The position numbers were made by a program, and so were the translations under genes. A stretch of 64,000 nucleotides of DNA from contig NW_027362762.1 of NCBI RefSeq assembly GCF_046119375.1, positions 147,498,001 through 147,562,000 on the forward strand, given 5' to 3'. Shown piece by piece: positions 12,820 through 23,949 of the stretch. Below the pieces are notes generated by a model. That model was not told the DNA's origin and ran no database searches. It saw nothing but the letters and a program-made list of their open reading frames with translations. Origin of the DNA: Phyllobates terribilis (taxonomy: Eukaryota). Position 1 is the stretch's first letter. The number at the start of each line of letters is the position of its first letter.

Positions 12820-13630
12820 TAAATGCTCCATACCAGATACTGGTCCCCATATAACGCTCCATACAGGATACTGACCCCCATATAACGCTCCATACAGAAT
12901 ACTGGCCCCCATATAATGCTCCATACAGAAAACTGGCCCCCATATAACGCTCCATACAGAATACTGGCCCCCATATAACGCTCCATACAGAATACTGGCC
13001 CCCATATAACGCTCCATACAGGATACTGATCCCCATATAACGCTCCATACAGAATACTGGCCCCCATATAACGCTCCATACAGAATACTGGCCCCCATAT
13101 AACGCTCCATACAGAATACTGGCCCCCATATAACGCTCCATACAGGATTATGGCCCCCATATAATGCTCCATACAGAATACTGGCCCCCATATAATGCTC
13201 CATACAGAATACTGGCCCCCATATAACGATCCATACAGGATACTGGCCCCCATATAATGCTCCATACAGAATACTGGCCCCCATAAAATGCTCCATACAG
13301 AATACTGGCCCCCGTATAACGCTCCATACGGAATACTGGCCCCCATGTAACACTCCATACAGGATACTGGCCCCCATATAACGCTCCATACGGAATACTA
13401 GCCCCCATATAACGCTCCATACAGGATACTGGCCCCCATATAACGCTCCATAGAGAAAACTGGCCCCCATATAACGCTCCATACAGGATACTGGCCCCCA
13501 TATAACGCTCCATACAGAATACTGGCCCCCATATAACGCTCCATGCAGGATACTTGGCCCCATATAACACTCCATGTAGGATACTGGCCCCCATATAACG
13601 CTCCATACAGAATACTGGCCCACATATAAT
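12820..13630. repeat. 31-bp minisatellite TACTGGCCCCCATATAACGCTCCATACAGAA
   Basis: Tandem units; 31-aa periodicity in spurious ORFs (3 x 31 nt). Confidence 0.95.
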
Positions 13631-13639
13631 GCTCCATGC

Positions 13640-14790
13640 AGGCTACTCCCCACACAAAATGCCTCATACAGGCTGTTCCCCTCACATAATGCCCCACGCA
13701 GGCTGTTCCCCCCACATACTGCCCCACGAAGGCTGTTCCCCCCACATAATGCCCCACGCAGGATGTCACCCCCCCTTATAATGCCCCATGCAGGATGTCA
13801 CACACCCCACCTCCCTTATAATGCCCCATGCAGGATGTCACCCCCCTTATAATGCCCCATGCAGGATGTCACCCCCTCCTTATAATACCCCATTCAGGAT
13901 GTCACACCCCCCTCCCTTATAATGCCCATGCAGGATGTCACCCCCCCGTTATAATGCCCCATGCAGGATGTCACCCCCCCTTATAATGCCTCATGCAGGA
14001 TGTCACACACCCCTCCTCCTTTTTAATGCCCCATGCAGGATGTCACCCCCCCTTATAATGCCCCATGCAGGATGTCACACACCCCCCCTCCATTATAATG
14101 CCCAATGCAGGATGTCACCCCCCCCTTATAATGCCCCATGCAGGATGTCACCCCTACCCTTATAATGCCCCATTCAGGATGTCACACCCCCCTCCCTTAT
14201 AATGCCCCATGCAGGATGTCACCCCCCCGTTATAATGCCCCATGCAGGATGTCACCCCCCCTATGATGCCCCATGCAGGATGTCACCCCCCCTCCCTTAT
14301 AATGCCCCATGCAGGATGTCACACCCCCCTTCCCTTATAATGCCCCATGCAGGATGTCACACACACCCCCCTCCCTTATAACACCCCATGCAGGATGTCA
14401 CCCCCCCGTTATAATGCCCCATGCAGGATGTCACCCCCCCTTATAATGCCCCATACAGGATGTCACACACCCCCTCCCTTATAACGCCCCATGCAGGACG
14501 TAACCCCCCCGTTATAATGCCCCATGCTGGATGTCACACCCCCCCTCCTTATAATGCCCCATGCAGGATGTTACACACACCCCTCCCTTATAATGCTCAT
14601 GCAGGATTCCCCCTCCCATATAATGCCCCATGCAGGATGTCACACACACCCCATATAATGCCCCATGCAGGATGTCACACACCTCCCCTCTCATATAATG
14701 CCCCATGCAGGATGTCACACACCTCCCCTCCCATATAATGCCCCATGCAGGATGTCACACACCCCCACCTCACCCCCCTCCCTTATACTG
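13640..14790. repeat. About 31-37-bp minisatellite ATAATGCCCCATGCAGGATGTCAC(AC)CCCCCTT
   Basis: Tandem units with variable C-run length. Confidence 0.9.
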
Positions 14791-16029
14791 CCACAGGCCT
14801 CCATACAATAAAAATAATTAAATCAAATACTCATCTCACGTCTCACCTGCTGCCGCTGCTCCGGACGCCAGCGTCGCCGGCCTCATCCCGCTCTGCGCTG
14901 TGACTGCTCAGGAGAGAGCGCGGTGTAAAGACGTCACTGCGCCCTCTGACCTGAGACGTCACAGTGCAGCAGCCGCGGAGGAGGCAGGAGCTCCTGCGGA
15001 GGCACGGGGAGAGGAAAGTATTGTGCCGGCTGCCGGGCCCTGAGCAAGTGGGGGGGGGGGCGGGCGCTGACACCGCTCTCCTCCGCTCATGGGTCCCATA
15101 GCGCCTGCTCAGGGCCCTGGCATTTGCCCGGGTGCTGATGCTGGCCCTGGAGTGCGGCGTGCGTCACTGCTTCTAGGGGGGGGCAGCTGCCCCCCCCGCC
15201 CCACGGTGGGTACGCCCATGGACCCATCCTCTATATACTACACCACACAGGACCCATCCTCTATATACTACACCGCATGGGACCCATCCTCTATATACTA
15301 CACCGCACGGGACCCATTCTCTATATACTACACCACACATCCTCGAAATACTACACCGCATGGGACCCATCTTCTATATACTATACCGCACGGGACCCAT
15401 CCTCTATATACTACACCACACATCCTCTATATACTACACTGCATGGGACCCATCCTCTATATACTACACCACACATCCTCTATATACTACACCGCATGGG
15501 AGAGCTGACAGATCCTCTTGTTTAAAATTCTACTCCACTTCAGGGTATTTACCTGAGGGGCCCTTTGCACACTGTGTAATCCCTTATTACCTGAGGGGCC
15601 TCTCACACTTTGTCACTCTTAATTACCTAGGGGCCCCCTTCCCCACTGTCACCCACTAATATTCTGTGGGCCCCCTTCCCATTGTGTCACCCTCCTAATG
15701 CTCTGTAGGCCCCCTTCCCACTGTGTCACTCCCCTAATGCTCTGTGGGCCCCATTCCCCACTCAGTCACCCCCCTAATGCTCTGTGGGCCCCCTTCCCCA
15801 CTGTGTCACCCCACTAATGCTCTGTGGGCCCCCTTCCCCACTGTCACCCCCTAATTGTCACGGGTGTGTTGCCACGAAGATCGTCACGAGTACACAGCCT
15901 GACTTCTCGCAGCTGACTTGTTGGTGCTTTGTGTTTTCTCGGCAGTGAAGGAGTTAATTCTCTCTCTCTCTGGGCTAGCTGAGGTCCAGCCTCGCCCAGC
16001 TGCAATCAATGCTTCGTTAGTGAGACTCC

Positions 16030-16070
16030 TTTATATTCCTGCAGGTCTGTTTGTGAGGTGTCGGTGAAAG
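16030..16070 (+). promoter_or_regulatory. LTR TATA-like box and predicted TSS / self-primer
   Basis: TTTATAT at 16030; GTCGGTGAAA at 16060-16069 is the reverse complement of TTTCACCGAC (16486-16495) just after the 5' LTR. Confidence 0.7.
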
Positions 16071-16519
16071 CTTTTCATTCAGACTTACAGAGCGGATCGT
16101 GGTGTTTGGAGTTGCTGAGATAAGTGTATTTGGAAGTGTTATTTCCCTTTCCTCGCTTTATCATTTATCTCCTTTCCCGTTGGTGTTCCCTCTGTTGTAG
16201 TTGTGTTGAAGTTGTATGCAAGGTGGTTTTGGTTTTTCCCTTGTACTGTCTCGTTCGTCTAAATACTGTGTGTGGGCATATTATTGCTGGTTCCCAATTG
16301 TTGTGATCGGGGTCCTTCTCAGGACTAGATTACTGTGGTGCAGGGATCCTCAGGAGGTAGGGGTTACGCTGGCGGCCTGGACCTCTGTACCTTTAACAGT
16401 ACCTCCAGGATGAGGGATTAGTCAGGGCCCCAGCTTAGGGTCAGCTTAGGCCCCCTACCTCCAGTATTCTGTGACAGTGTGACATTTTCACCGACCAACT
16501 TAGTTTTTCTCCAGCTACC

Positions 16520-19500
16520 ATGGATCCAGTAGCCGGTCTAGCTCGGCAGTTGCAGAGTTTGTCCATGGGGCTGGCGGACGTTAGGTCCAAGGTTTTGCAT
16601 CCTCTGGAGCAAGCCGGACCAGAACCTAAAGTAGCTCTCCCTGACAGGTTCACTGGGGGGCGGGACAAGTTTTTTGTTTTCCGGGAGGCATGCAAATTGT
16701 ACTTTCGGCTGCGGCCTCGGTCATCGGGCAGTGAAGAACAAAGGGTGGGAATTGTCATCTCGCTCCTACAAGGGGACCCACAATCTTGGGCGTTCTCTCT
16801 TCCCCCAAGCTCCCCGGTTCTCCAGTCAGTGGATAGGTTTTTCGCTGCTTTGGGACTCGTATATGATGACCCAGATCGGATCTCCCTTGCTGAGTCTAAG
16901 TTACGTAGGATTCAGCAGGGAGATCGTCCGGCGGAGGAATTCTGTTCGGAGTTCCGTAGGTGGGCCACGGACACCCAGTGGAATGACCCGGCTCTTAGGA
17001 GCCAGTTTTGTCATGGTTTATCCGACAAATTACAGGATGTGTTGGCACAGTATGACTCTCCCGCGTCACTGGAAGCCGCTATGGCCCTTGCTATTCGCGT
17101 TGACAGACGGCTTCGGGAGAGGTGCGGGATAACTCTACCCCCAGTAATGTCTCCACCTCTTACAAGGTCCCCTCATATGGTGGTTCCCCTGGTCAGTCCG
17201 GAGGAGCCTATGCAATTAGGAGGGACATCATTTCGGGGAAGGGGACCGGTGGTGCGCCATAAGACAGGAAGGTGTTTCCTCTGCGGGAAAAAGGGACATT
17301 TTATTGGGGGGTGTCCATCCCGCCCCTTGCAGAGTAAAGAGTCGTCGAAAAAACTGTTGATCCCAGGTTGTGTGGTGGACGGCAATCTGGGAGTAGGTAT
17401 TTCGTCCCTAGGTTCGTCTCAGTTTCTCGTACCGGCGGAGGTGGTGGTGGGTACGAGAACTGAGAGGATATCTGTTCTGCTGGATAGTGGGGCCGGGGCT
17501 AATCTGGTTGATGCTCGGTTTGCCCGGGTTCAAGGTATGCGATTGAGTGAGTTGGCTAAACCCATCCCCATATTCTCGATCGATGCCAGGCCTCTCGGTC
17601 AGGGAAGTTTTTTGCAAGCTGTGCATGGCGTAAAACTTCAAGTGGGGGCAATACATAAAGAACTGTTGTCTTGCTACGTGTTGGAGGGTCTTCCCACTCC
17701 TATAGTGTTGGGCCTTCCTTGGTTAGCTAAGCATAACCCGGTTATTAATTGGCAAACCAGAGAGATAAGCCAATGGAGTAAATTCTGTAATAAAAACTGC
17801 ATGAACACGGTCATCGGTGCGGTTACTCCTTGGGTCTTACCTCCATTTCTGGCAGACTTTGAGGATGTATTCTCGGAGAATGGGTGTCAGGAACTACCTC
17901 CTCATCGCGAGTATGACTGTTCTGTAAAACTGCTCCCTGAGGCCAAGTTACCTAAAGCTAGGTTGTATAACCTTTCTGGTCCTGAGAGGCAGGCCATGAA
18001 GGATTATATTTCTGAAAGTCTGGCTAAGGGGCATATTAGACCTTCATCTTCACCGGTGGCCGCGGGGTTCTTCTTTGTTAAGAAGAAAGATGGAGGCCTA
18101 CGCCCTTGCCTGGATTTCCGTGAACTTAATCGGATTACGGTCCGAGATCCGTATCCGCTCCCACTTATTCCCGATCTCTTTAATCAGATCGTGGGCGCCA
18201 AATGGTTCTCTAAGTTGGATCTCAGGGGGGCGTACAATCTGATTAGGATGAAGGAGGGGGATGAGTGGAAGACGGCTTTTAACACTCCGGAGGGGCATTA
18301 TGAGAACCTTGTCATGCCATTCGGTCTGACTAATGCCCCGGCGGTGTTTCAACACTTTGTTAATGATATTTTTCGCCACCTGGTGGGACAGTTTGTTGTC
18401 ATATATCTGGATGATATCTTAATTTACTCGCCGGATCTGGTGTCTCATCAGGAGCACGTTAGACAGGTGTTACAGATCTTGCGGGATAATAAACTGTATG
18501 CCAAGTGGGAAAAGTGTGTGTTCGCCGTACAGGAACTCCAGTTTTTAGGCTTCCTGGTTTCAGCGTCCGGTTTTCGTATGGACCCTGGGAAAGTGCGGGC
18601 AGTTCTTGAGTGGGATCGGCCGGAGAATCTTAAGGCACTACAACGTTTCCTGGGGTTTGCTAACTATTACCGGAAGTTCATTCGTAATTTCTCGTCCATG
18701 GTTAAGCCTCTCACAGACATGACTAAAAAGGGGACGGATTTTTCTAGGTGGTCTGACAAGGCTTGTCAAGCATTCTCCTCCTTGAAAAAATGTTTTGCCT
18801 CGGCACCCATACTCATTCAACCTGATGCGTCTCAGCCATTCTTTGTAGAGGTAGACGCTTCCGAGGTAGGGGTGGGAGCAGTATTGTCACAGGGTTCGTC
18901 CCCTGGTAAGTGGCATCCGTGCGCCTTTTTCTCTAAAAAATTGTCGTCCGCTGAGAGGAATTACGATGTCGGCAATAGGGAACTCCTGGCCATTAAGTTA
19001 GCTTTTGAGGAGTGGCGCCATTTTTTGGAGGGGGCAGTTCATCCGGTCACCGTCATCACCGATCACAAGAACCTGCTATATCTGGAGTCCGCTAAACGTC
19101 TGAATCCCAGACAAGCTAGGTGGTCATTGTTTTTTACCAGGTTTAATTTCGTCGTTACATATCGTCCTGGGTCTAAAAATGTAAAGGCGGATGCCTTATC
19201 TCGTAGTTTCCCTGGGGCCGGGAATACGGACGACCCGATTCCTATTCTTCAGGAGGGGGTGGTGGTTTCGGCAGTATGCTCTGAGCTGGAGGAGGAGATA
19301 TTGGAGGCTCAGGGGGACGCCCCTGTTGGACCTCCGGGGAGACTGTTCGTTCCAGATCAGTTGCGACAAAAGGTGATCGAGGCACACCATAACTCAGTTT
19401 TTGCAGGACACCCGGGGAGTAAAGCAACTGTGGATCTCCTCTCGCGTCGGTTTTGGTGGCCTAACTTACATAAAGAGGTGGTAACTTTTGTCGCGTCCTG

Positions 19501-20731
19501 TGGGGTTTGTGCGCGCTCTAAGACCTCACATACCCGTCCGTCTGGGGCCCTCTTACCTTTGAAGATCCCGGAGCGTCCTTGGACTCATCTGTCTATGGAC
19601 TTTATTACGGACCTCCCTCCGTCTTCGGGTAAAACGGTCATACTCGTTGTAGTGGACAGGTTCAGCAAGATGGCACATTTTATCGCTCTTCCGGCTCTCC
19701 CTAATGCTAAAACTCTTGCGCAGGTGTTCATTGGGGAGATTGTGAGGCTTCACGGGGTACCCTCCGAGGTGGTGTCTGATCGGGGGTCTCAGTTTGTGTC
19801 CAAGTTCTGGAAGGCGTTTTGTGCACGGCGGGGGATGCATTTGTCATTTTCGTCGGCTTTTCATCCTCAGACCAATGGTCAGACGGAACGTATGAACCAG
19901 AGCTTGGAGACATATCTTCGGTGTTTTGTGTCAGAGAACCAGGAGGACTGGGCTTCTTTCCTACCTCTGGCAGAGTTTGCTCTCAATAATAGGCGGAGCG
20001 AGTCCACTGGTAAGTCCCCGTTTTTTGGGGCATATGGTTTTCACCCCCAGTTTTGTACTTTCAGTAGGGGGGGCTCTTCGGGGGTTCCGGAGGAGGAACG
20101 ATTTTCCTCATCTCTCGCTTCAGTATGGAGAGGGGTGCTGAAGAATCTGAATACTATGGGGAACCGATACAAACGTATGGCTGATAGGAGGAGAGTGTCT
20201 GGTCCGGACCTAAGTGTGAACGATCAGGTATGGTTGTCTACCAGGAATATTAAACTTAAGGTTCCCTCCTGGAAACTGGGTCCCAGGTTCATCGGGCCGT
20301 ACAGAATCAGTTCTGTTATTAATCCGGTGGCATTCCGTCTTGACCTCCCCCCTACGTTTAAAATTCACAACGTGTTTCACAGATCATTGCTTAAGAGGTA
20401 TGTGGTGCCGGTGGTACCGTCACCTTCACCTCCCCCTCCTGTGGTTGTCAATGGTAACTTGGAGTTCCAGGTATCGAGGGTCATTGATTCACGCTTTAAT
20501 CGCCGGTCCCTTCAGTACTTGGTTCATTGGAAGGGGTATGGTCCTGAGGAGAGGATGTGGGTTCCTGCGTCGGATATTAACGCAGACCGATTAGTTCGGG
20601 CCTTCCACACGACTCACCCGGATAAACCTGGCCCTGAGGGTCCGGAGGCCCCTCGTAGAAGGGGGGGTACTGTCACGGGTGTGTTGCCACGAAGATCGTC
20701 ACGAGTACACAGCCTGACTTCTCGCAGCTGA
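16520..20731 (+). CDS. gag-pol: Gag-Pol polyprotein (1403 aa): Gag, CCHC knuckle, protease, RT, RNase H, integrase, chromodomain
   Basis: CFLCGKKGHFIGGC; LLDSGA; FSKLDLRGAY, YLDDIL; VDASEVGVGAVL, TDHKNL; HHCC plus MDFITDL/SDRGSQF/GQTER; YLVHWKGYGPEERMW. Confidence 0.97.
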   Translation: MDPVAGLARQLQSLSMGLADVRSKVLHPLEQAGPEPKVALPDRFTGGRDKFFVFREACKLYFRLRPRSSGSEEQRVGIVISLLQGDPQSWAFSLPPSSPVLQSVDRFFAALGLVYDDPDRISLAESKLRRIQQGDRPAEEFCSEFRRWATDTQWNDPALRSQFCHGLSDKLQDVLAQYDSPASLEAAMALAIRVDRRLRERCGITLPPVMSPPLTRSPHMVVPLVSPEEPMQLGGTSFRGRGPVVRHKTGRCFLCGKKGHFIGGCPSRPLQSKESSKKLLIPGCVVDGNLGVGISSLGSSQFLVPAEVVVGTRTERISVLLDSGAGANLVDARFARVQGMRLSELAKPIPIFSIDARPLGQGSFLQAVHGVKLQVGAIHKELLSCYVLEGLPTPIVLGLPWLAKHNPVINWQTREISQWSKFCNKNCMNTVIGAVTPWVLPPFLADFEDVFSENGCQELPPHREYDCSVKLLPEAKLPKARLYNLSGPERQAMKDYISESLAKGHIRPSSSPVAAGFFFVKKKDGGLRPCLDFRELNRITVRDPYPLPLIPDLFNQIVGAKWFSKLDLRGAYNLIRMKEGDEWKTAFNTPEGHYENLVMPFGLTNAPAVFQHFVNDIFRHLVGQFVVIYLDDILIYSPDLVSHQEHVRQVLQILRDNKLYAKWEKCVFAVQELQFLGFLVSASGFRMDPGKVRAVLEWDRPENLKALQRFLGFANYYRKFIRNFSSMVKPLTDMTKKGTDFSRWSDKACQAFSSLKKCFASAPILIQPDASQPFFVEVDASEVGVGAVLSQGSSPGKWHPCAFFSKKLSSAERNYDVGNRELLAIKLAFEEWRHFLEGAVHPVTVITDHKNLLYLESAKRLNPRQARWSLFFTRFNFVVTYRPGSKNVKADALSRSFPGAGNTDDPIPILQEGVVVSAVCSELEEEILEAQGDAPVGPPGRLFVPDQLRQKVIEAHHNSVFAGHPGSKATVDLLSRRFWWPNLHKEVVTFVASCGVCARSKTSHTRPSGALLPLKIPERPWTHLSMDFITDLPPSSGKTVILVVVDRFSKMAHFIALPALPNAKTLAQVFIGEIVRLHGVPSEVVSDRGSQFVSKFWKAFCARRGMHLSFSSAFHPQTNGQTERMNQSLETYLRCFVSENQEDWASFLPLAEFALNNRRSESTGKSPFFGAYGFHPQFCTFSRGGSSGVPEEERFSSSLASVWRGVLKNLNTMGNRYKRMADRRRVSGPDLSVNDQVWLSTRNIKLKVPSWKLGPRFIGPYRISSVINPVAFRLDLPPTFKIHNVFHRSLLKRYVVPVVPSPSPPPPVVVNGNLEFQVSRVIDSRFNRRSLQYLVHWKGYGPEERMWVPASDINADRLVRAFHTTHPDKPGPEGPEAPRRRGGTVTGVLPRRSSRVHSLTSRS

Positions 20732-23496
20732 CTTGTTGGTGCTTTGTGTTTTCTCGGCAGTGAAGGAGTTAATTCTCTCTCTCTCTGGGCTAGCTGAGGT
20801 CCAGCCTCGCCCAGCTGCAATCAATGCTTCGTTAGTGAGACTCCTTTATATTCCTGCAGGTCTGTTTGTGAGGTGTCGGTGAAAGCTTTTCATTCAGACT
20901 TACAGAGCGGATCGTGGTGTTTGGAGTTGCTGAGATAAGTGTATTTGGAAGTGTTATTTCCCTTTCCTCGCTTTATCATTTATCTCCTTTCCCGTTGGTG
21001 TTCCCTCTGTTGTAGTTGTGTTGAAGTTGTATGCAAGGTGGTTTTGGTTTTTCCCTTGTACTGTCTCGTTCGTCTAAATACTGTGTGTGGGCATATTATT
21101 GCTGGTTCCCAATTGTTGTGATCGGGGTCCTTCTCAGGACTAGATTACTGTGGTGCAGGGATCCTCAGGAGGTAGGGGTTACGCTGGCGGCCTGGACCTC
21201 TGTACCTTTAACAGTACCTCCAGGATGAGGGATTAGTCAGGGCCCCAGCTTAGGGTCAGCTTAGGCCCCCTACCTCCAGTATTCTGTGACAGTGTGACAC
21301 TAATACTCTGAGGGCCCCCTTCCCCACTGTGTCAGCCCCTACTACTCTGTGGGCCCCCTTACCCACTCTCACCCACTAAAACTCTGTGGGCCCCGTTTCC
21401 CACTGTGTCACCCCTTAATACTCTGTGGGCCCCCTTTCCCACTGTGTCACCCCCTAATACACTGTAGGCCCCCTTCACCACTGTCACCCCGTAATGCTCT
21501 GTGGATCCCTTTTCCCACTGTGACACCCTCTAATACTCTGAGGGCCCCCTTCCCCACTGTGTCACCCCCTACTACTCTGAGGGCCCCCTTCCCCACTGTC
21601 ACCCCCTACTACTCTGAGGGCCCCCTTCCCCACTGTCATGTTACCCCCTAATACACTGAGGGCCCCCTTCCCCACTGTGTCACCCCCTAATACTCTGAGG
21701 GCCCCCTTCCGAACTGTGTCACCCCCTAATACTCTGAGGGCCCCCATCTCCACTGTGTCACCCACTAATACTCTGAGGGCCCCCTTCCCCACTATGTCAC
21801 CTCCTAATACTCTGAGGGCCCCCTTCCCCACTGTGTCACCCCTTACTACTCTGAGGGCCCCCTTCCCCACTGTCACCCACTAATATTCTGTGGGCCCCTT
21901 TCCCACTGTGTCACCCCCTAATACACTGAGGGCCCCCTTCCCCACTGTGTCACCCCTTAATTCTCTGAGGGCCCCCTTCCCCATTGTCACCCACTAATTC
22001 TCTGTGGGCCCCTTTCCCACTGTGTTACCCCCTAATGCTCTGTGGGCCCCCTTCCCCACTGTGTCATCCCCTAATACTCTGAGGACCCCCTTCTCCAGTC
22101 ACCCACTAACATTCTGTGGGCCCCCATTCCCATTTTGTCACCCCCTAAAATTCTGTGGGCCTCCTTTCCCACTGTGTCACCCCCTACTACTCTGATGGCC
22201 CCCTTCCCCACTGTCAACGACTAATATTCTGTGGGCCTCCTTTCCCACTGTGTCACCCCCTAATACTTTGTGGGCCCTCTTTCCCACTGTGTCACCCCCT
22301 AATACTCTGTGGGCCCCCTCCCCACTGTGTCACCCTCTACTACTCTGAGGGCCCCCTCCCCACTGTGTCACCCTCTACTACTCTGAGGGCCCCCTTCCCC
22401 ACTGTGTCACCCCCTACTACTCTGAGGGCCCCCTTCCCCACTGTCGTGTCACCCCCTAATACACTGAGGGCCCCCTTCCCCACTGTGTCACCCCCTAATA
22501 CTCTGTGGGCCCCTTTCCCACTATGTCACCCTCTAATGCTCTGTGGTCCCCCTTCCCCACTGTGTCACCCCCTAATACTCTGAGGGCCCCCTTCCCCAAT
22601 GTGTCACCCCCTAATACTCTGAGGGCCCCCATCCCCACTGTGTCACCCCCTAATACTCTGAGGGCCCCCTTCCCCACTATGTCACCCCCTAATACTCTGA
22701 GGGCCCCCTTCCCCACTGTGTCACCCCTTACTACTCTGGGGGCCCCCTTCCCCACTGTCACCCACTAATATTTTGTGGGCCCCTTTCCAACTGTGTCACC
22801 CACTAATACACTGAGGGCCCCCTTCCCCACTGTGTCACCCCCTAATTCTCTGAGGGCCCCCTTCCCCATTGTCACCCACTAATTCTCTGTGGGCCCCTTT
22901 CCCACTGTGTTACCCCCTAATGCTCTGTGGGCCCCCTTCCCCACTGTGTCATTCCCTAATACTCTGAGGACCCCCTTCCCCAATCACCCACTAATATTCT
23001 GTGGGCCCCCTTTCCCACTTTGTCACCCCCTAAAACTCTGTGGGCCCCCTTTCCCACTGTCAACGACTAATATTCTTTGGGCCTCCTTTCCCACTGTGTC
23101 ACCCCCTAATACTCTGTGGGCCCTCTTTCCCACTGTGTCACCCCCTACTACTCTGTGGGCCCTCTTTCCCACTGTGTCACCCCCTAATGCTCTGAGGGAC
23201 CCTTTCCCACTGTGTCATGCCCTAATACTCTGTGGGCCCCCTTCCCCACTGTGTCATCCCCTAATACTCTGAGGACCCCCTTCCCCAGTCACCCACTAAT
23301 ACTCTGTGGGCCCCCTTCCCCACTGTCACCCCCTAATACTCTGAGGACCCCTTTCCCCACTGTGTCACCCCCTAGTGGCCTGGGGGCCTCCACCCCTAAC
23401 TGCATGAGACAATTAAATGACAGTGTTGAGGCTGGAGAACTAGTTATAAGAAATGTACTCACACTGACTCACTCCAGGTCTCCAGCAGGAAGCCCT

Positions 23497-23586
23497 CTCT
23501 CTCTCTCTCTCCTTCTCCCTCTCTCTCCTTCTCTCTCTCTCTCTCCTTCTCTCTCTCTCTCTCTCTCCCTCTCTCTCTCTCTCTCT
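23497..23586. repeat. (CT)n microsatellite
   Basis: Direct reading. Confidence 0.95.
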
Positions 23587-23949
23587 GCTTCTCCATCACA
23601 AAAACATACCGGGCATGGCGCTTGACCAATCAGCACAGCTCTTTTGTGAGGACCCACAAGCAAAACTAATGCTGATTGGCTGCACTGAAACTCTGCAAGC
23701 AATCAGTGTTAGATTAAAAAAAAGGGAAAGGGAAAAAGGGAGAGAAGGCGTGCAATTCAATATATTTTAATCAAGTGATAATATATAATTTTCACAGCAT
23801 ATTTCTGGAGCCAGAAAGATAGATACAAAAAGAGGTCAATGCATGTTACATACAATCATACACTTAATGATATACAGTCATTAGTCCACAGGTTATGGTA
23901 GTAAACAAAGTAATATAAATAATGTCAGTCCATATCAATTATGTATTAG

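Larger units (their letters stand above)
12317..15149. mobile_element. Minisatellite-bearing hAT-like MITE (same family as 34891-36975)
   Basis: CAGGGCC...GGCCCTG ends; degenerate TSD GTGTGTGG/GAGTGCGG (6/8); internal layout matches 34891-36975. Confidence 0.7.
11410..15220 (-). mobile_element. Internally deleted hAT transposon
   Basis: 14-bp TIR CATGGGCGTACCCA at both ends; perfect 8-bp TSD GACCCATC (11402-11409, 15221-15228); transposase remnant inside. Confidence 0.92.
15856..21299 (+). mobile_element. Full-length chromodomain Ty3/Gypsy LTR retrotransposon (Tf1/sushi type), very young
   Basis: 629-bp TG...CA LTRs (15856-16484, 20671-21299) with no difference found by eye; 5-bp TSD CTAAT; PPT AGAAGGGGGGG 20657-20667. 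Confidence 0.98.
15590..23370. repeat. 39-bp minisatellite CCCCCTAATACTCTGAGGGCCCCCTTCCCCACTGTGTCA, interrupted by the Gypsy element
   Basis: Units at 15590-15855 and 21300-23370; 13-aa periodicity (PPNTLRAPFPTVS) in spurious ORFs. Confidence 0.93.

Noticed and set aside
12820-13630. CRISPR-like regular repeats
   Set aside because: Head-to-tail units without unique spacers, no cas genes, eukaryotic context.
12652-14738. Long ORFs with 31-aa periodicity (also 34947-36283, 21349-23625, 33892-34657)
   Set aside because: They are translations of stop-poor minisatellites, open in several frames at once; not genes.
16124-16413. Short ORFs inside LTRs (also 1837-2139, 41770-42351 and duplicates)
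   Set aside because: Identity between copies reflects LTR identity; non-ATG starts or repeat-derived; no domain evidence.
16485-16500. tRNA-type PBS for the two chromodomain Gypsy elements
   Set aside because: Neither sequence after the 5' LTR starts with TGG; complementarity is to the LTR itself.
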